Shown here: positions 1-8,215 of the stretch, in pieces
Numbering within the stretch: position 1 is the stretch's first letter
How the letters are laid out: each line of letters starts with the position of its first letter
NCBI RefSeq assembly: GCF_000007145.1
Contig: NC_003902.1
Location: 180,001 to 212,000 of the forward strand
Reading direction: 5' to 3'
DNA: 32,000 bases
From: Xanthomonas campestris pv. campestris str. ATCC 33913
Lineage (GTDB): Bacteria; Pseudomonadota; Gammaproteobacteria; Xanthomonadales; Xanthomonadaceae
The notes under the pieces: generated by a model
The model's input: only the letters and a program-made list of their open reading frames with translations
Databases searched by the model: none
Told to the model about the DNA's origin: nothing
Program-made: the position numbers and the translations under genes

Positions 1-1
1 G

Positions 2-388
2 CGCCGCGCCAAGGCCAGCCCGTTGCGCGATGTGGCCGGTTTCCTGCGCTCGCTCGATTACGCCAGCGAAGTGTCTGCGCGTGGCGAAGAGGGCACCGCC
101 GCACGTGCCGGTGTGGGGGTGGATGCGCACCTGGATGACTTCCTGGTGGAATTCCGCCGCCGCTCCACGCAATCGTTCCTGGACGCTTACCATGCCGTGC
201 TCGACGCCAGCGCGCATCCGTGGATCGCGCCGGCGGCGTTCAATGCGGCCACCTTGCTGTTCCTGGTGGAGAAGGCCTGCTACGAGGTGCGCTACGAAGC
301 GGCGAACCGGCCGGGCTGGTTGATGGTGCCCATCCAGGGCTTGCGACGCATCCTGCAACGCGCGCGCGCTGGTGCGGGAGACACATGA
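2..388 (+). CDS. C-terminal end of a maltokinase (Pep2-type, possibly a TreS-Pep2 fusion); 5' end lies outside the window
   Basis: The frame is open from the window edge. The segments [16 protein letters not shown] and [27 protein letters not shown] resemble the conserved C-terminal segment of Pep2 maltokinases. The stop TGA 386-388 overlaps the glgB ATG (ATGA). Confidence 0.65.
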   Translation, partial: RRAKASPLRDVAGFLRSLDYASEVSARGEEGTAARAGVGVDAHLDDFLVEFRRRSTQSFLDAYHAVLDASAHPWIAPAAFNAATLLFLVEKACYEVRYEAANRPGWLMVPIQGLRRILQRARAGAGDT

Positions 389-2583
389 TGAGTGGAGTAA
401 TGACTGCAGTGACGAATCGATGGGACCCCGGCGTGACCCGCGCCCTGGCCGAAGCGCGGCACGGCGATGCATTCGCCGTGCTGGGCGCACATCCCAGCAC
501 CAACGGCCGCCTGCTGCGCACCTATCACCCCGGCGCCGAGCACGTCACCGCCGTGCTGGCGGATGGGCGCGAGGTACCGCTGGAAGCCGGCCCGGAACCG
601 GGCCTGTTTGCCGGTGAATTGCCGGCGGAGGGGCGCTACCGCCTGCGGATCGGCTGGCCGGGCGGCACCCAGGACACCGCAGACCCGTACGCGTTCGGGC
701 CGCTGCTCAGCGACTTCGACCTGCACCTGATCAGCGAAGGCCACCATCTGCAGCTGGCCGATGCGCTGGGCGCCAATGCGGTGGAAGTGGACGGCGTGCG
801 CGGTACGCGCTTTGCGGTGTGGGCACCGAACGCCTCGCGCGTGGCGGTGGTAGGCGACTTCAATAGCTGGGACGCGCGCCGGCACCCGATGCGGCTGCGC
901 CACCAGGCCGGCGTGTGGGAGCTGTTCGTGCCCGACGTGGGCCCCGGCGCGCACTACAAATATCAGCTGCGTGGTCCGCATGGGCATGAACTGCCGGCCA
1001 AGGCCGACCCGGTGGCACGCCGCGCCGAACTGGCGCCGGGCACTGCCTCGATCGTGGCCGACCCCACGCCGCACCAGTGGAGCGACGACGGCTGGATGGC
1101 CACGCGTGCGCGCCGCCAGGCGCACGACGCACCGATGAGCATCTACGAGATCCATGCCGGCTCCTGGCTGCGCGAGGAAGGCCTGGATCTGGATTGGGAT
1201 GGCCTGGCCGATCGCCTGATTCCGTACGTGGCCGACATGGGCTTCACCCATGTGGAGCTGATGCCGGTGACCGAGCATCCGTTCGGTGGCTCGTGGGGCT
1301 ACCAGCCGTTGGGCCTGTTCGCGCCCACCGCGCGCTTCGGCAGCCCGGATGGCTTTGCGCGCTTTGTCGACCGCTGCCACCGCGAAGGCATCGGCGTGAT
1401 CGTGGACTGGGTGCCGGCACACTTTCCCACCGACGCGCACGGCCTGGCCCACTTCGACGGCACCGCGCTGTATGAACACGCCGACCCGCGCGAGGGCTTC
1501 CACCGCGACTGGAATACGCTGATCTACAACCATGGCCGCCGCGAGGTGTCTGGCTTTCTGATCGCCAGCGCGCTGGAGTTCCTGCAGCGCTATCACGTCG
1601 ATGGCCTGCGCGTGGATGCGGTGGCCTCGATGCTCTACCGCGACTACAGCCGCAATGCCGGTGAGTGGGTGCCCAACATCCATGGCGGCCGCGAAAACTA
1701 CGAAACCATCGCCTTCCTGCGCCGGCTCAACGAGGTGGTGCGCGAGCACGCGCCGGGTGCGGTGACCATTGCCGAAGAATCCACCGCCTGGCCGGGCGTG
1801 ACCGCGGATGTGTCGCATGGCGGCCTGGGCTTCCACTACAAGTGGAACATGGGCTGGATGCACGACACGTTGCATTACATCGGGCTGGACCCGATCTATC
1901 GCCGCTACCACCATGGCGAGCTGACTTTCAGCATGGTGTACGCGTACTCGGAGCGCTTCGTGCTGCCGATCTCGCACGACGAAGTGGTGCACGGCAAGGG
2001 CTCGTTGCTGGGCCGCATGCCCGGTGACGATTGGCAGCGTTTCGCCAACCTGCGCGCCTATCTCGGTTTCATGTTCACCCACCCGGGGCGCAAGTTGCTG
2101 TTCATGGGCTGCGAGTTCGGCCAGCCCACCGAGTGGAACCACGACGCCGGCTTGCCGTGGCATCTGCTCGACGACGCACGCCACCGCGGCGTGCAGACGC
2201 TGGTGCGCGACCTCAACCACCTGTACGCGCAATACCCCGCCTTGCACGCGCACGACGACGACCCATCGGGCTTCGCGTGGCTGGTAGGCGATGACGCGGC
2301 CAACAGCGTGGTGGCGTTCCTGCGCAAGGGCAAACGCGGCGATGCACCGGTGCTGGTGGTGATCAACTACACCCCGGTGGTGCAGCAGGGGTATCGCCTC
2401 GGGGTGCCGCAGGGCGGCCTGTGGCGCGAAGTGTTCAACAGCGATGCCGGCATCTACGGCGGTGCCAACCTGGGTAACGGCGGTGCGGTGACTGCCGAGC
2501 CGCAGTCCATGCATGGCCACGCGCAGTCGCTACCGTTGCTGCTGCCGCCGCTGGGCGTCATCGTGCTGGCCCCGCAGGGCTGA
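385..2583 (+). CDS. glgB: 1,4-alpha-glucan branching enzyme (GH13)
   Basis: 732 aa. It shows the typical GlgB blocks [50 protein letters not shown] and [15 protein letters not shown] chose the start at ATG 385 (MMSGVMTAV...), which is coupled to the upstream stop. The 55-codon extension back to 220 overlaps the upstream gene and does not look like protein. Confidence 0.95.
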   Translation: MMSGVMTAVTNRWDPGVTRALAEARHGDAFAVLGAHPSTNGRLLRTYHPGAEHVTAVLADGREVPLEAGPEPGLFAGELPAEGRYRLRIGWPGGTQDTADPYAFGPLLSDFDLHLISEGHHLQLADALGANAVEVDGVRGTRFAVWAPNASRVAVVGDFNSWDARRHPMRLRHQAGVWELFVPDVGPGAHYKYQLRGPHGHELPAKADPVARRAELAPGTASIVADPTPHQWSDDGWMATRARRQAHDAPMSIYEIHAGSWLREEGLDLDWDGLADRLIPYVADMGFTHVELMPVTEHPFGGSWGYQPLGLFAPTARFGSPDGFARFVDRCHREGIGVIVDWVPAHFPTDAHGLAHFDGTALYEHADPREGFHRDWNTLIYNHGRREVSGFLIASALEFLQRYHVDGLRVDAVASMLYRDYSRNAGEWVPNIHGGRENYETIAFLRRLNEVVREHAPGAVTIAEESTAWPGVTADVSHGGLGFHYKWNMGWMHDTLHYIGLDPIYRRYHHGELTFSMVYAYSERFVLPISHDEVVHGKGSLLGRMPGDDWQRFANLRAYLGFMFTHPGRKLLFMGCEFGQPTEWNHDAGLPWHLLDDARHRGVQTLVRDLNHLYAQYPALHAHDDDPSGFAWLVGDDAANSVVAFLRKGKRGDAPVLVVINYTPVVQQGYRLGVPQGGLWREVFNSDAGIYGGANLGNGGAVTAEPQSMHGHAQSLPLLLPPLGVIVLAPQG

Positions 2584-2591
2584 TCGACCGT

Positions 2592-2623
2592 CACCGCGCC
2601 CGGCCTGCTGGCCCGGCGCGGTG
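2592..2623 (+). terminator. GC-rich hairpin just after the glgB stop
   Basis: CACCGCGCCCGGCC-TGCT-GGCCCGGCGCGGTG forms a 14-bp stem with one mismatch and a 4-nt loop. There is no clear T-tract, so intrinsic-terminator function is uncertain. Confidence 0.4.
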
Positions 2624-2655
2624 GCAGCTGCTAGATTGCGCGCCTTAGAACCTGT

Positions 2656-3210
2656 TCACGATCTTCTGAGTAATAGTGCCAAGAAGGCCAAATGGATGAA
2701 CTGCAGGCTGGTGTTTAGTTTGCGCTCGCAGTTCTTCCATAGCCTTCGGTTCTTCTCCAGCCAAGCAAAACTACGCTCGACGATCCATCGCTTGGGCATG
2801 ACCTTGAAGGTATGCAGTTCGCTGCGCTTGGCAATCTGCACCGTGAGCTGTTCGCCTAAAATCTCTCGCACGCCGTCGGCAAACCGTACTCCGGCGTAAC
2901 CGCTGTCGCACAGTAAGCTTTGTACATGCGTCAAGTTTGACTGGCAGCGCTCCAACGCTTGCAGCGCACCTTTGCGGTCGGTCACCTCCGCCGTCGTCAC
3001 CGCGATTGCATGGGGCAATCCCTGAGTATCAACAGCGATATGCCGCTTGATGCCCGACACCTTCTTGCCCGCGTCATATCCCTTTTGCCCTGCTGTGTCG
3101 GTGTTCTTTACGCTCTGCGCGTCCACGATCAAGAACCTGGTGCAAGCGTTGCGCTCCTGTCTGGCGCGGACCACGCCAACCTGATTTTTTAAGTGCCTGC
3201 TCCAGCAGGC
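2656..3210 (-). CDS. IS5-family DDE transposase, catalytic part (orfB frame)
   Basis: The frame is open from 3210. Sequence: ...LKNQVGVVRARQERNACTRFLIVDAQSVKNTD...GYDAGKKVSGIKRHIAVDTQGLPHAIAVTTAEVTDRKGA...LLCDSGYAG...RWIVERSFAWLEKNRRLWKNCERK. The DDE residues lie in DAQSVK, CDSGY and VERSFAW contexts. Confidence 0.85.
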   Translation of the reverse strand, partial: ACWSRHLKNQVGVVRARQERNACTRFLIVDAQSVKNTDTAGQKGYDAGKKVSGIKRHIAVDTQGLPHAIAVTTAEVTDRKGALQALERCQSNLTHVQSLLCDSGYAGVRFADGVREILGEQLTVQIAKRSELHTFKVMPKRWIVERSFAWLEKNRRLWKNCERKLNTSLQFIHLAFLALLLRRS

Positions 3211-3234
3211 TCACTCCCTCATCGTCGCACTCGC

Positions 3235-3468
3235 TCACTTGGCAAAGTACGAGGGCACGGTCCGCCACTTCGGAAAGTCGCTGGTGAGCGCTCGCCATTG
3301 GCAACCGGTTCGCAGCACGTACAACACTGCGCACCACACCTCATACACATCCACACGGCGTGGCTTGGTGCGCTTACGCGCTTGTTCCAGGATCGGCAGC
3401 ACGTGTTCGAACTGCTCCCGGCTCATGTCACTCGGATAGATCTTTTGGCGCATCCGCATAGTCTGCAC
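3235..3468 (-). CDS. IS5-family transposase, N-terminal DNA-binding part (orfA-like); ends at an in-frame TGA
   Basis: The 77-aa ORF reads ...PSDMSREQFEHVLPILEQARKRTKPRRVDVYEVWCAVLYVLRTGCQWRALTSDFPKWRTVPSYFAK*. This is the typical N-terminal region of IS5-family transposases (LRTGCQWR...P...Y..F..W). It stops exactly where the conserved W is expected. Confidence 0.8.
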   Translation of the reverse strand: MQTMRMRQKIYPSDMSREQFEHVLPILEQARKRTKPRRVDVYEVWCAVLYVLRTGCQWRALTSDFPKWRTVPSYFAK

Positions 3469-3498
3469 TGATCAGGAAAGATCGTGAACAGGTTCTTA

Positions 3499-3639
3499 GA
3501 GCGGCTGATAACACGTAGCGAGCAGCCGCCAGGCGGGCGCGGCCGGTGCTCGGAATCGGCATGTACCGACGTACACTGCGGTTCCTCCGCGCCGTCCGCA
3601 CCCAGCTGACGACTGCTCGCTACGTTTTGTCAGCCGCTC
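3499..3639. mobile_element. MITE-like non-coding element, 141 bp, flanked by TTA
   Basis: The terminal inverted repeats are GAGCGGCTGATAACACGTAGCGAGCAGCC (3499-3527) and, as reverse complement of 3611-3639, GAGCGGCTGACAAAACGTAGCGAGCAGTC. They match at 26 of 29 positions (24 of the first 26). TTA is present at 3496-3498 and 3640-3642. There is no ORF, and a related 60-bp copy sits at 31908-31967. Confidence 0.65.
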
Positions 3640-4002
3640 TTAGCGGGTGACACCGGCCACGCCTCCGTTGGAGGCAGTCGTGCTGGTCATCGTTGAACAG
3701 GCAGCCCGGGGAGAGCTGCCGGGCACAGCCGCCGCCATGCCTCTTGTCGACCGTCTTCGCGGGAGAGCTGTGCGTGCGCGTTTTACAAAGGGTGGGTCGA
3801 ACTTGGTGTGTGCGGCCGCGTGGAGCCGATTGGCCAGCGCGTGCGCGTCTGTGTGGGTGCCGCGGCGAACTGCTGCGGGTATTGCCGATCCAGCGCGCCG
3901 GCATGCAACGGCGCAAGCGCCGTGTCGAGACTTCAGCTGCATGGCATGGCGCTACGGCGTATGTGCGTAGTCGCGTCTGCGGTGGACTGCAAGGCCGCGC
4001 AG

Positions 4003-4302
4003 ATGCATAGCCTGATGACGTGCCTTTACCTGTTGTGCGCGGGCGCTGCGGCGTGCGGTTTTTATCTCGCCACCGCGCATCAGTGCCTGTGGCTGCGCGG
4101 CCGCCCGCGCGCCCGCGTGCTGCGTGCAGGCGCCAGTGTGCTGCTGGTGCTGGCGGTTGCCTGCGCCATCGCCGCATCAGGTACCTGGGCCGGCGTCTTC
4201 TCGGCACTGACGGCAGCGATGCTGGCCGCAGTGGCCCTGCCATTTCTGGACGCCTGGCAACAGGCACGCATGCAACGCCGGCAGGTGCGCCATGTGGAGT
4301 AG
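4003..4302 (+). CDS. Small integral membrane protein of the kind found next to PepSY/PiuB genes (DUF3325/DUF3649-like; family not verified)
   Basis: About 99 aa with three hydrophobic segments (LMTCLYLLCAGAAACGFYL, ASVLLVLAVACAIAA, VFSALTAAMLAAVALPFL). Its end overlaps the next ORF by 11 nt. The start is uncertain: ATG 3961, 4003 and 4015 are all in frame. Confidence 0.45.
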   Translation: MHSLMTCLYLLCAGAAACGFYLATAHQCLWLRGRPRARVLRAGASVLLVLAVACAIAASGTWAGVFSALTAAMLAAVALPFLDAWQQARMQRRQVRHVE

Positions 4303-4564
4303 ATGGGCGGCGGCGGTGCTGCTCGGGTTGCCGCTGGCAGTGGGCGTGGTCGGTCTGTGCGCGGTGGTGCTGCCCGGCCCGCAGCGTAGCTATACGCTGG
4401 CTTGGCTGTTGCTGATGTTCCCGGTGTGGATTGGCGCCATGGCCTTGCCGTTCGTGTTTCGCAGCGCTGCGCGCGCCTGGCTGTGGTTGGGCGGGGTGAC
4501 CGTGCTGTGCTATCTCGCGCTGGCAGCGATCAAGGCGCTGGGCTGGGTGGAGGTGATTGCATGA
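4292..4564 (+). CDS. Small integral membrane protein, translationally coupled to the PepSY-TM gene
   Basis: 90 aa with three predicted TM helices (AAAVLLGLPLAVGVVGLCAVVL, LAWLLLMFPVWIGAMALPFVF, LWLGGVTVLCYLALAAI). The stop TGA 4562-4564 overlaps the next ATG 4561 (ATGA). Confidence 0.55.
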   Translation: MWSRWAAAVLLGLPLAVGVVGLCAVVLPGPQRSYTLAWLLLMFPVWIGAMALPFVFRSAARAWLWLGGVTVLCYLALAAIKALGWVEVIA

Positions 4565-6096
4565 AGGTTGCAACCTTGCGCGCGTTTCTGTCCGTGCACA
4601 GCTGGATGGGCCTGCTGGCGGGCATGGCCTTGTTCATCGCGTTCTATGCTGGCGCCATCACCGTGTTCACGCACGCATTGAGCAGCTGGCAGACCACGCC
4701 GTCTGCCACGCAGGCTGCACCGGCGGACCCGGTGGCCGCCGCGCAAACCTTGCTGGATACCGTGATTGCCGCGCACCCGCAGGTGGCCGAGTCGTTCCTG
4801 GTGCTGCTGCCCGGCGAGCATGGGCCGCTGGCACGGGTGTATTGGTACGGCCCGCAGGCCGATGCCAGCGGTGGCATGCGCCAATACCAGCTCAGCAGCA
4901 GCGGTGCGCTGCTGGAACTGCCGCAGCGCGTGGGCTTTGCCGATTTTCTCTACGACCTGCATTTCACTGCCGGCTTGCCACGCATCTTCGGCACGTATCT
5001 GTTCGGCGTGGTGAGCGTGCTGTACGGGCTGGCCCTGGTCAGTGGTGTGTTGCTGTACGCGCCGGTGTTCTTCAAGGACCTGTTCGCGCTGCGCATCGGT
5101 GCCAACCTCAAGCGCCTCTGGCAGGACGCGCACAATGTGGTGGGCATGCTGTCGCTGCCGTTCCATGTGATCTTCGCCTGGTCCGGTGCGGTGTTGTGCC
5201 TGGGTGTGCTGCTGCTGGCGCCGTTCCAGTTTCTGGTCTTCGACGGCAAGTTGTTGCAGATCCTGGAGCCGGACTTCGAACTCACCCCGCATGTGGCACC
5301 GGCCAACCGCGCAGCGCCGGTGTTACCGATGGCGACCTTGCTGGAAAAGGCGCGCGCCGCCAGCCCCGGCTTCGTGCCGGAAAGCGTGAGTTACCACGAC
5401 GCAGGCGATGCCAACGCGCGCGTGGAAGTCTATGGCCATCACGATCAGCGCCAGCTCAACACGTTGGGCGGTGTGGCATTGGAAGGCGCCACCGGCAAGG
5501 TGCTGCGCGTGCTCTCGCCGCGCACGATGCGCGCCGGTACCGCGGCCTTGCGTGGCCTGCAGGGGCTGCACTTCGGCAACTTCGGGCATGCGCCGCTGCA
5601 GTGGCTGTATTTCCTGCTCGGCCTGGGCGGCGCCTTCCTGTTCTACAGCGGCAACCTGCTGTGGATCGAGACACGCCGCAAGCGCCGTCAGCTTGCGCAG
5701 CCGCGTCGCACCCATGCGATGGCACGGCTCACCGTCGGTGTCTGTCTGGGCAGCGTGGCCGGGATCTCGGCGTTGTTCAGTGCCGCACGGGTGCTGCCGC
5801 CGGGTCAGGAGCGCGTGGTCTATTACGCGGTGTTCGCCGCTTGCGTGCTGTGGGCGGCGCTGCGCCCCACCGCACGCGGCGCGTATGAAGTGCTGCTTGC
5901 CTGCGCGGCGTTGACCGCGGCAATTCCGCTGGCCAGCTGTTTTTCCGCAGCGGGACCGGTGCTGCCCTGGCACGACACCCTGGTGTTGACCGTCGACGTG
6001 GTCGCCCTGGTCATGGCGTGGAGTTACTGGCAACTGGCGCGCGCCAGCAAGCGGCGTGGCGCGCAGGGCGACCCGAACAGTGTGTGGGCATGGTGA
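4561..6096 (+). CDS. PepSY-associated TM-helix protein (PiuB-like, putative periplasmic ferric-siderophore reductase family)
   Basis: 511 aa. The N-terminus MKVATLRAFLSVHSWMGLLAGMALFIAFYAGAITVF and the later HFGNFGHAPLQWLYFLLGLGGAFLFYSGNLLWIETRRK are the characteristic PepSY_TM helices. I took the start at ATG 4561 rather than ORF-track 4402. Confidence 0.85.
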   Translation: MKVATLRAFLSVHSWMGLLAGMALFIAFYAGAITVFTHALSSWQTTPSATQAAPADPVAAAQTLLDTVIAAHPQVAESFLVLLPGEHGPLARVYWYGPQADASGGMRQYQLSSSGALLELPQRVGFADFLYDLHFTAGLPRIFGTYLFGVVSVLYGLALVSGVLLYAPVFFKDLFALRIGANLKRLWQDAHNVVGMLSLPFHVIFAWSGAVLCLGVLLLAPFQFLVFDGKLLQILEPDFELTPHVAPANRAAPVLPMATLLEKARAASPGFVPESVSYHDAGDANARVEVYGHHDQRQLNTLGGVALEGATGKVLRVLSPRTMRAGTAALRGLQGLHFGNFGHAPLQWLYFLLGLGGAFLFYSGNLLWIETRRKRRQLAQPRRTHAMARLTVGVCLGSVAGISALFSAARVLPPGQERVVYYAVFAACVLWAALRPTARGAYEVLLACAALTAAIPLASCFSAAGPVLPWHDTLVLTVDVVALVMAWSYWQLARASKRRGAQGDPNSVWAW

Positions 6097-6268
6097 TGGC
6101 CGTGGCGTCGTGCAGCGTGCGGCCTTTGCGACTTCGCCAACGGCTGTAGTGCCGTTGGATGGGGGCGCAGCAGTCAACGGCAACAGTCATCGCGTTGCAC
6201 ACTGACACCTGCTGGACGTCACAGGGCGCATGCTGTGCGGCATTGTTTGCAACGCTTGCCTTAAGACG

Positions 6269-6733
6269 ATGCCCGCTGCCCAACGCATTGGTTTGATCTC
6301 CGACACGCACGGTCTGTTGCGGCCCGAAGCGGTGGCCGCACTGCAGGGATGCAGTGCGATCCTGCATGCCGGCGATGTGGGCGCGCCGGAGATTCTGCAG
6401 GCACTGGCCGCGCTGGCGCCGCTGCACGCGATCGCCGGCAATATCGATATCGCGCCCTGGGCAGCCGCGCTGCCGCCCACGCGTGATCTGGTGATCGCCG
6501 GCGTGCGCATCCACATGCTGCACGATCTGAAAACGCTGGCGCCTGATGTGCAGGCTGATGTCATTGTCAGCGGGCATTCGCACAAGCCGCTGGTGCACAC
6601 GCGCGCTGGCGTGCTGTACGTCAATCCCGGCAGTGCCGGGCGCCGCCGCTTCAGCCTGCCGATCAGCGTGGGCACGTTGTGGCTGGGCGATGGCGCACCG
6701 CGTGCGGAGCTATGCGTGCTGGACGTGCGCTGA
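6269..6733 (+). CDS. Metallophosphoesterase, YfcE/MJ0936 family
   Basis: 154 aa with the motifs RIGLISDTHG, LHAGDVG, GNID, IVSGHSHKP and VNPGSAG. These are the canonical calcineurin-like phosphoesterase blocks. Confidence 0.85.
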   Translation: MPAAQRIGLISDTHGLLRPEAVAALQGCSAILHAGDVGAPEILQALAALAPLHAIAGNIDIAPWAAALPPTRDLVIAGVRIHMLHDLKTLAPDVQADVIVSGHSHKPLVHTRAGVLYVNPGSAGRRRFSLPISVGTLWLGDGAPRAELCVLDVR

Positions 6734-6862
6734 CGCAGTTGCCGCGTGTGTGACGTGCACCACGCGCGCGGCCGCACACGCGCAGCAATCACGGCAACGA
6801 TGACCTGGCCTGCACACCGGCGCGCCCATCCTCGTGCGCTGATTCGTTGCGAGGACCTCAGC

Positions 6863-8011
6863 ATGAATACACGTCGCCAATTCCTGTCTGCTGCCGCGGC
6901 CGGCACCACGGCGCTGGCCGCATCGCCATTGCTGGCACAGTCGTCCGCACCCGGAAGCGTGATGCCCACGCGCGGCCGCACGGCGGCCTCTGCCGTGCAA
7001 ACTAGCGCGCCGGCCAAGGGCGCACGTTATCGGCCGACCACGCGGTTGGGCTTTGGCGGTGTTGCAATCGGCAATGGGTTTGCGCCAGCCACCGATGCGC
7101 AAAGCGAGCAGACGCTGGCGGCGGTGTGGGCCTCGGGCGTGCGCTATTTCGATACCTCGCCGTGGTACGGGCTGGGCCTGTCCGAACGCCGCACCGGCCA
7201 TCATCTGCATAACCATGCCGCCGATAGCTACGTGCTCTCGACCAAGGTGGGGCGCTTGCTGACCGCGACCGACAAGCCGCCGAAGACCATGTGGCAGCAA
7301 CCGTCCCCGTTCGATTACCGCTACGACTACAGCGCCGCCGGCGTGCGCCGCTCGATCGAAGACAGCCTGCAACGGCTGGGCGTGTCGCAGATCGACATCG
7401 TGTACATCCACGACCTCTCGCCGGAGAACGAAAAAGACCTCGGCATGCCCTGGGAACAGCGCTTTGCCGAGGCCGCCAAGGGCGCGATGCCGGAGCTGAC
7501 CAAGATGCGCAAGGAGGGCCTGATCAAGGCCTGGGGCTTTGGCGTCAATCGCCCGGAACCGGCCTTGCGTGCGATTGAAGAAGCCGACCCGGATATCTTC
7601 TTGCTGGCCTGCCAGTACTCGTTGCTCGACCACGCGCAGGCCTTGCATGACACCTTCCCGAAGATCGCCAGACACGGCGCCTCGGTGGTGGTGGGCGCGC
7701 CGCTGCTGGCCGGTTATCTGGCCGGGCGCGACCGTTATCTGTACGAGGGCACGGTGCCGGAGTGGGCGCCGGGCAAACGCCAGAAGGCCCTGGCAATCTG
7801 CGACAAACACGGCGTGGATCTGCGTACGGTGTCGCTGCAATTTGCTGCCGCACCGGAGGTGGTGTCGGCGGTGATTCCCGGCGCACGCACGGCCGAACAG
7901 GCGCAGGCCAATGCGGCCTCGATGCGGGTGGCGATTCCTGCCGCGCTCTGGGACGACCTCAAGCGCGCGCAGGTGATCGAAGCGGATGCGCCGGTGCCGG
8001 CGGCTGGATGA
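6863..8011 (+). CDS. Aldo/keto reductase with an N-terminal twin-arginine (Tat) signal
   Basis: 382 aa. The N-terminus MNTRRQFLSAAAAGTTALAASPLLAQS matches the Tat consensus (T-R-R-x-F-L). The AKR core shows LGFGGVAIGN, RYFDTSPWYGLGLSERR, LSTKVGR and DIVYIHD. SD-less start chosen at ATG 6863. Confidence 0.8.
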   Translation: MNTRRQFLSAAAAGTTALAASPLLAQSSAPGSVMPTRGRTAASAVQTSAPAKGARYRPTTRLGFGGVAIGNGFAPATDAQSEQTLAAVWASGVRYFDTSPWYGLGLSERRTGHHLHNHAADSYVLSTKVGRLLTATDKPPKTMWQQPSPFDYRYDYSAAGVRRSIEDSLQRLGVSQIDIVYIHDLSPENEKDLGMPWEQRFAEAAKGAMPELTKMRKEGLIKAWGFGVNRPEPALRAIEEADPDIFLLACQYSLLDHAQALHDTFPKIARHGASVVVGAPLLAGYLAGRDRYLYEGTVPEWAPGKRQKALAICDKHGVDLRTVSLQFAAAPEVVSAVIPGARTAEQAQANAASMRVAIPAALWDDLKRAQVIEADAPVPAAG

Positions 8012-8088
8012 TCTGACTGCCCGCTGCTGCTGCGAGGTGGTTTGGAGAAGGTTAGCGGCGCGCTGTGAGATGTAGCGCGCTGTCTCCA

Positions 8089-8122
8089 TTGCAGTGCTGA
8101 CTAGGTCGTCGCAGCACTGCAA
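8089..8122. terminator. Stem-loop between convergent genes
   Basis: TTGCAGTGCTG (8089-8099) pairs with CAGCACTGCAA (8112-8122): an 11-bp perfect stem with a 12-nt loop. It lies between the AKR stop (8011) and the CE12 esterase stop (8216). Confidence 0.4.
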
Positions 8123-8215
8123 GAAGCAATCGAACAGCAGGCGGCGTGCCCGCAGTCATGGCAGCGCGTGCCTGTGCAGTGAGCTGTTGCACGACAGCAG
8201 CACCAACGCAGAACA

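Larger units (their letters stand above)
2648..3495 (-). mobile_element. IS5-family insertion sequence (small two-ORF type, IS1031/IS427-like), 848 bp
   Basis: Perfect 18-bp terminal inverted repeats GAACCTGTTCACGATCTT at 2648-2665 and 3478-3495. Direct TTA repeats flank the element at 2645-2647 and 3496-3498. It encodes an HTH-like N-terminal ORF and a DDE ORF on the minus strand. GC content is visibly lower than in the flanks. Confidence 0.9.

Noticed and set aside
220-384. N-terminal extension of glgB from ORF-track start 220. Analogous extensions occur in other ORFs: 4402 for the PepSY gene, 6746 for the AKR, 11075 for the carboxylesterase, 11989 for the alpha/beta hydrolase, 15609 for GH43, 21168 for the RpiB-like gene, 22341 for CE12-cupin and 24775 for the orphan protein.
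   Set aside because: The extensions overlap upstream genes or are compositionally non-protein-like. The internal starts have SD sequences, signal peptides or start/stop coupling (ATGA, GTGA, TGATG), and they give family-typical N-termini.
292-2520. A 742-aa ORF antisense to glgB. Similar very long antisense or alternative-frame ORFs occur at 3620-4573(-), 6710-8122(-), 12574-14010(-), 14719-15756(-), 15708-17408(-), 17339-18430(-), 20337-22004(-), 24652-25845(+), 27513-28781(-), 29132-30601(+) and 30740-31927(+).
   Set aside because: These are typical stop-codon-poor shadow frames of GC-rich DNA. Their translations are Arg/Ala/Gly/His/Pro-rich with no recognisable motifs. Each fully overlaps a gene with strong family signatures on the other strand or in another frame.
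3643-4002. A possible truncated gene, such as a receptor remnant, between the MITE and the first small membrane ORF.
   Set aside because: I translated all frames by eye on both strands. None gives a recognisable motif, and the open frames are Arg/Ala-rich shadow-type. I leave the region as unexplained non-coding DNA; tblastx against relatives would settle it.
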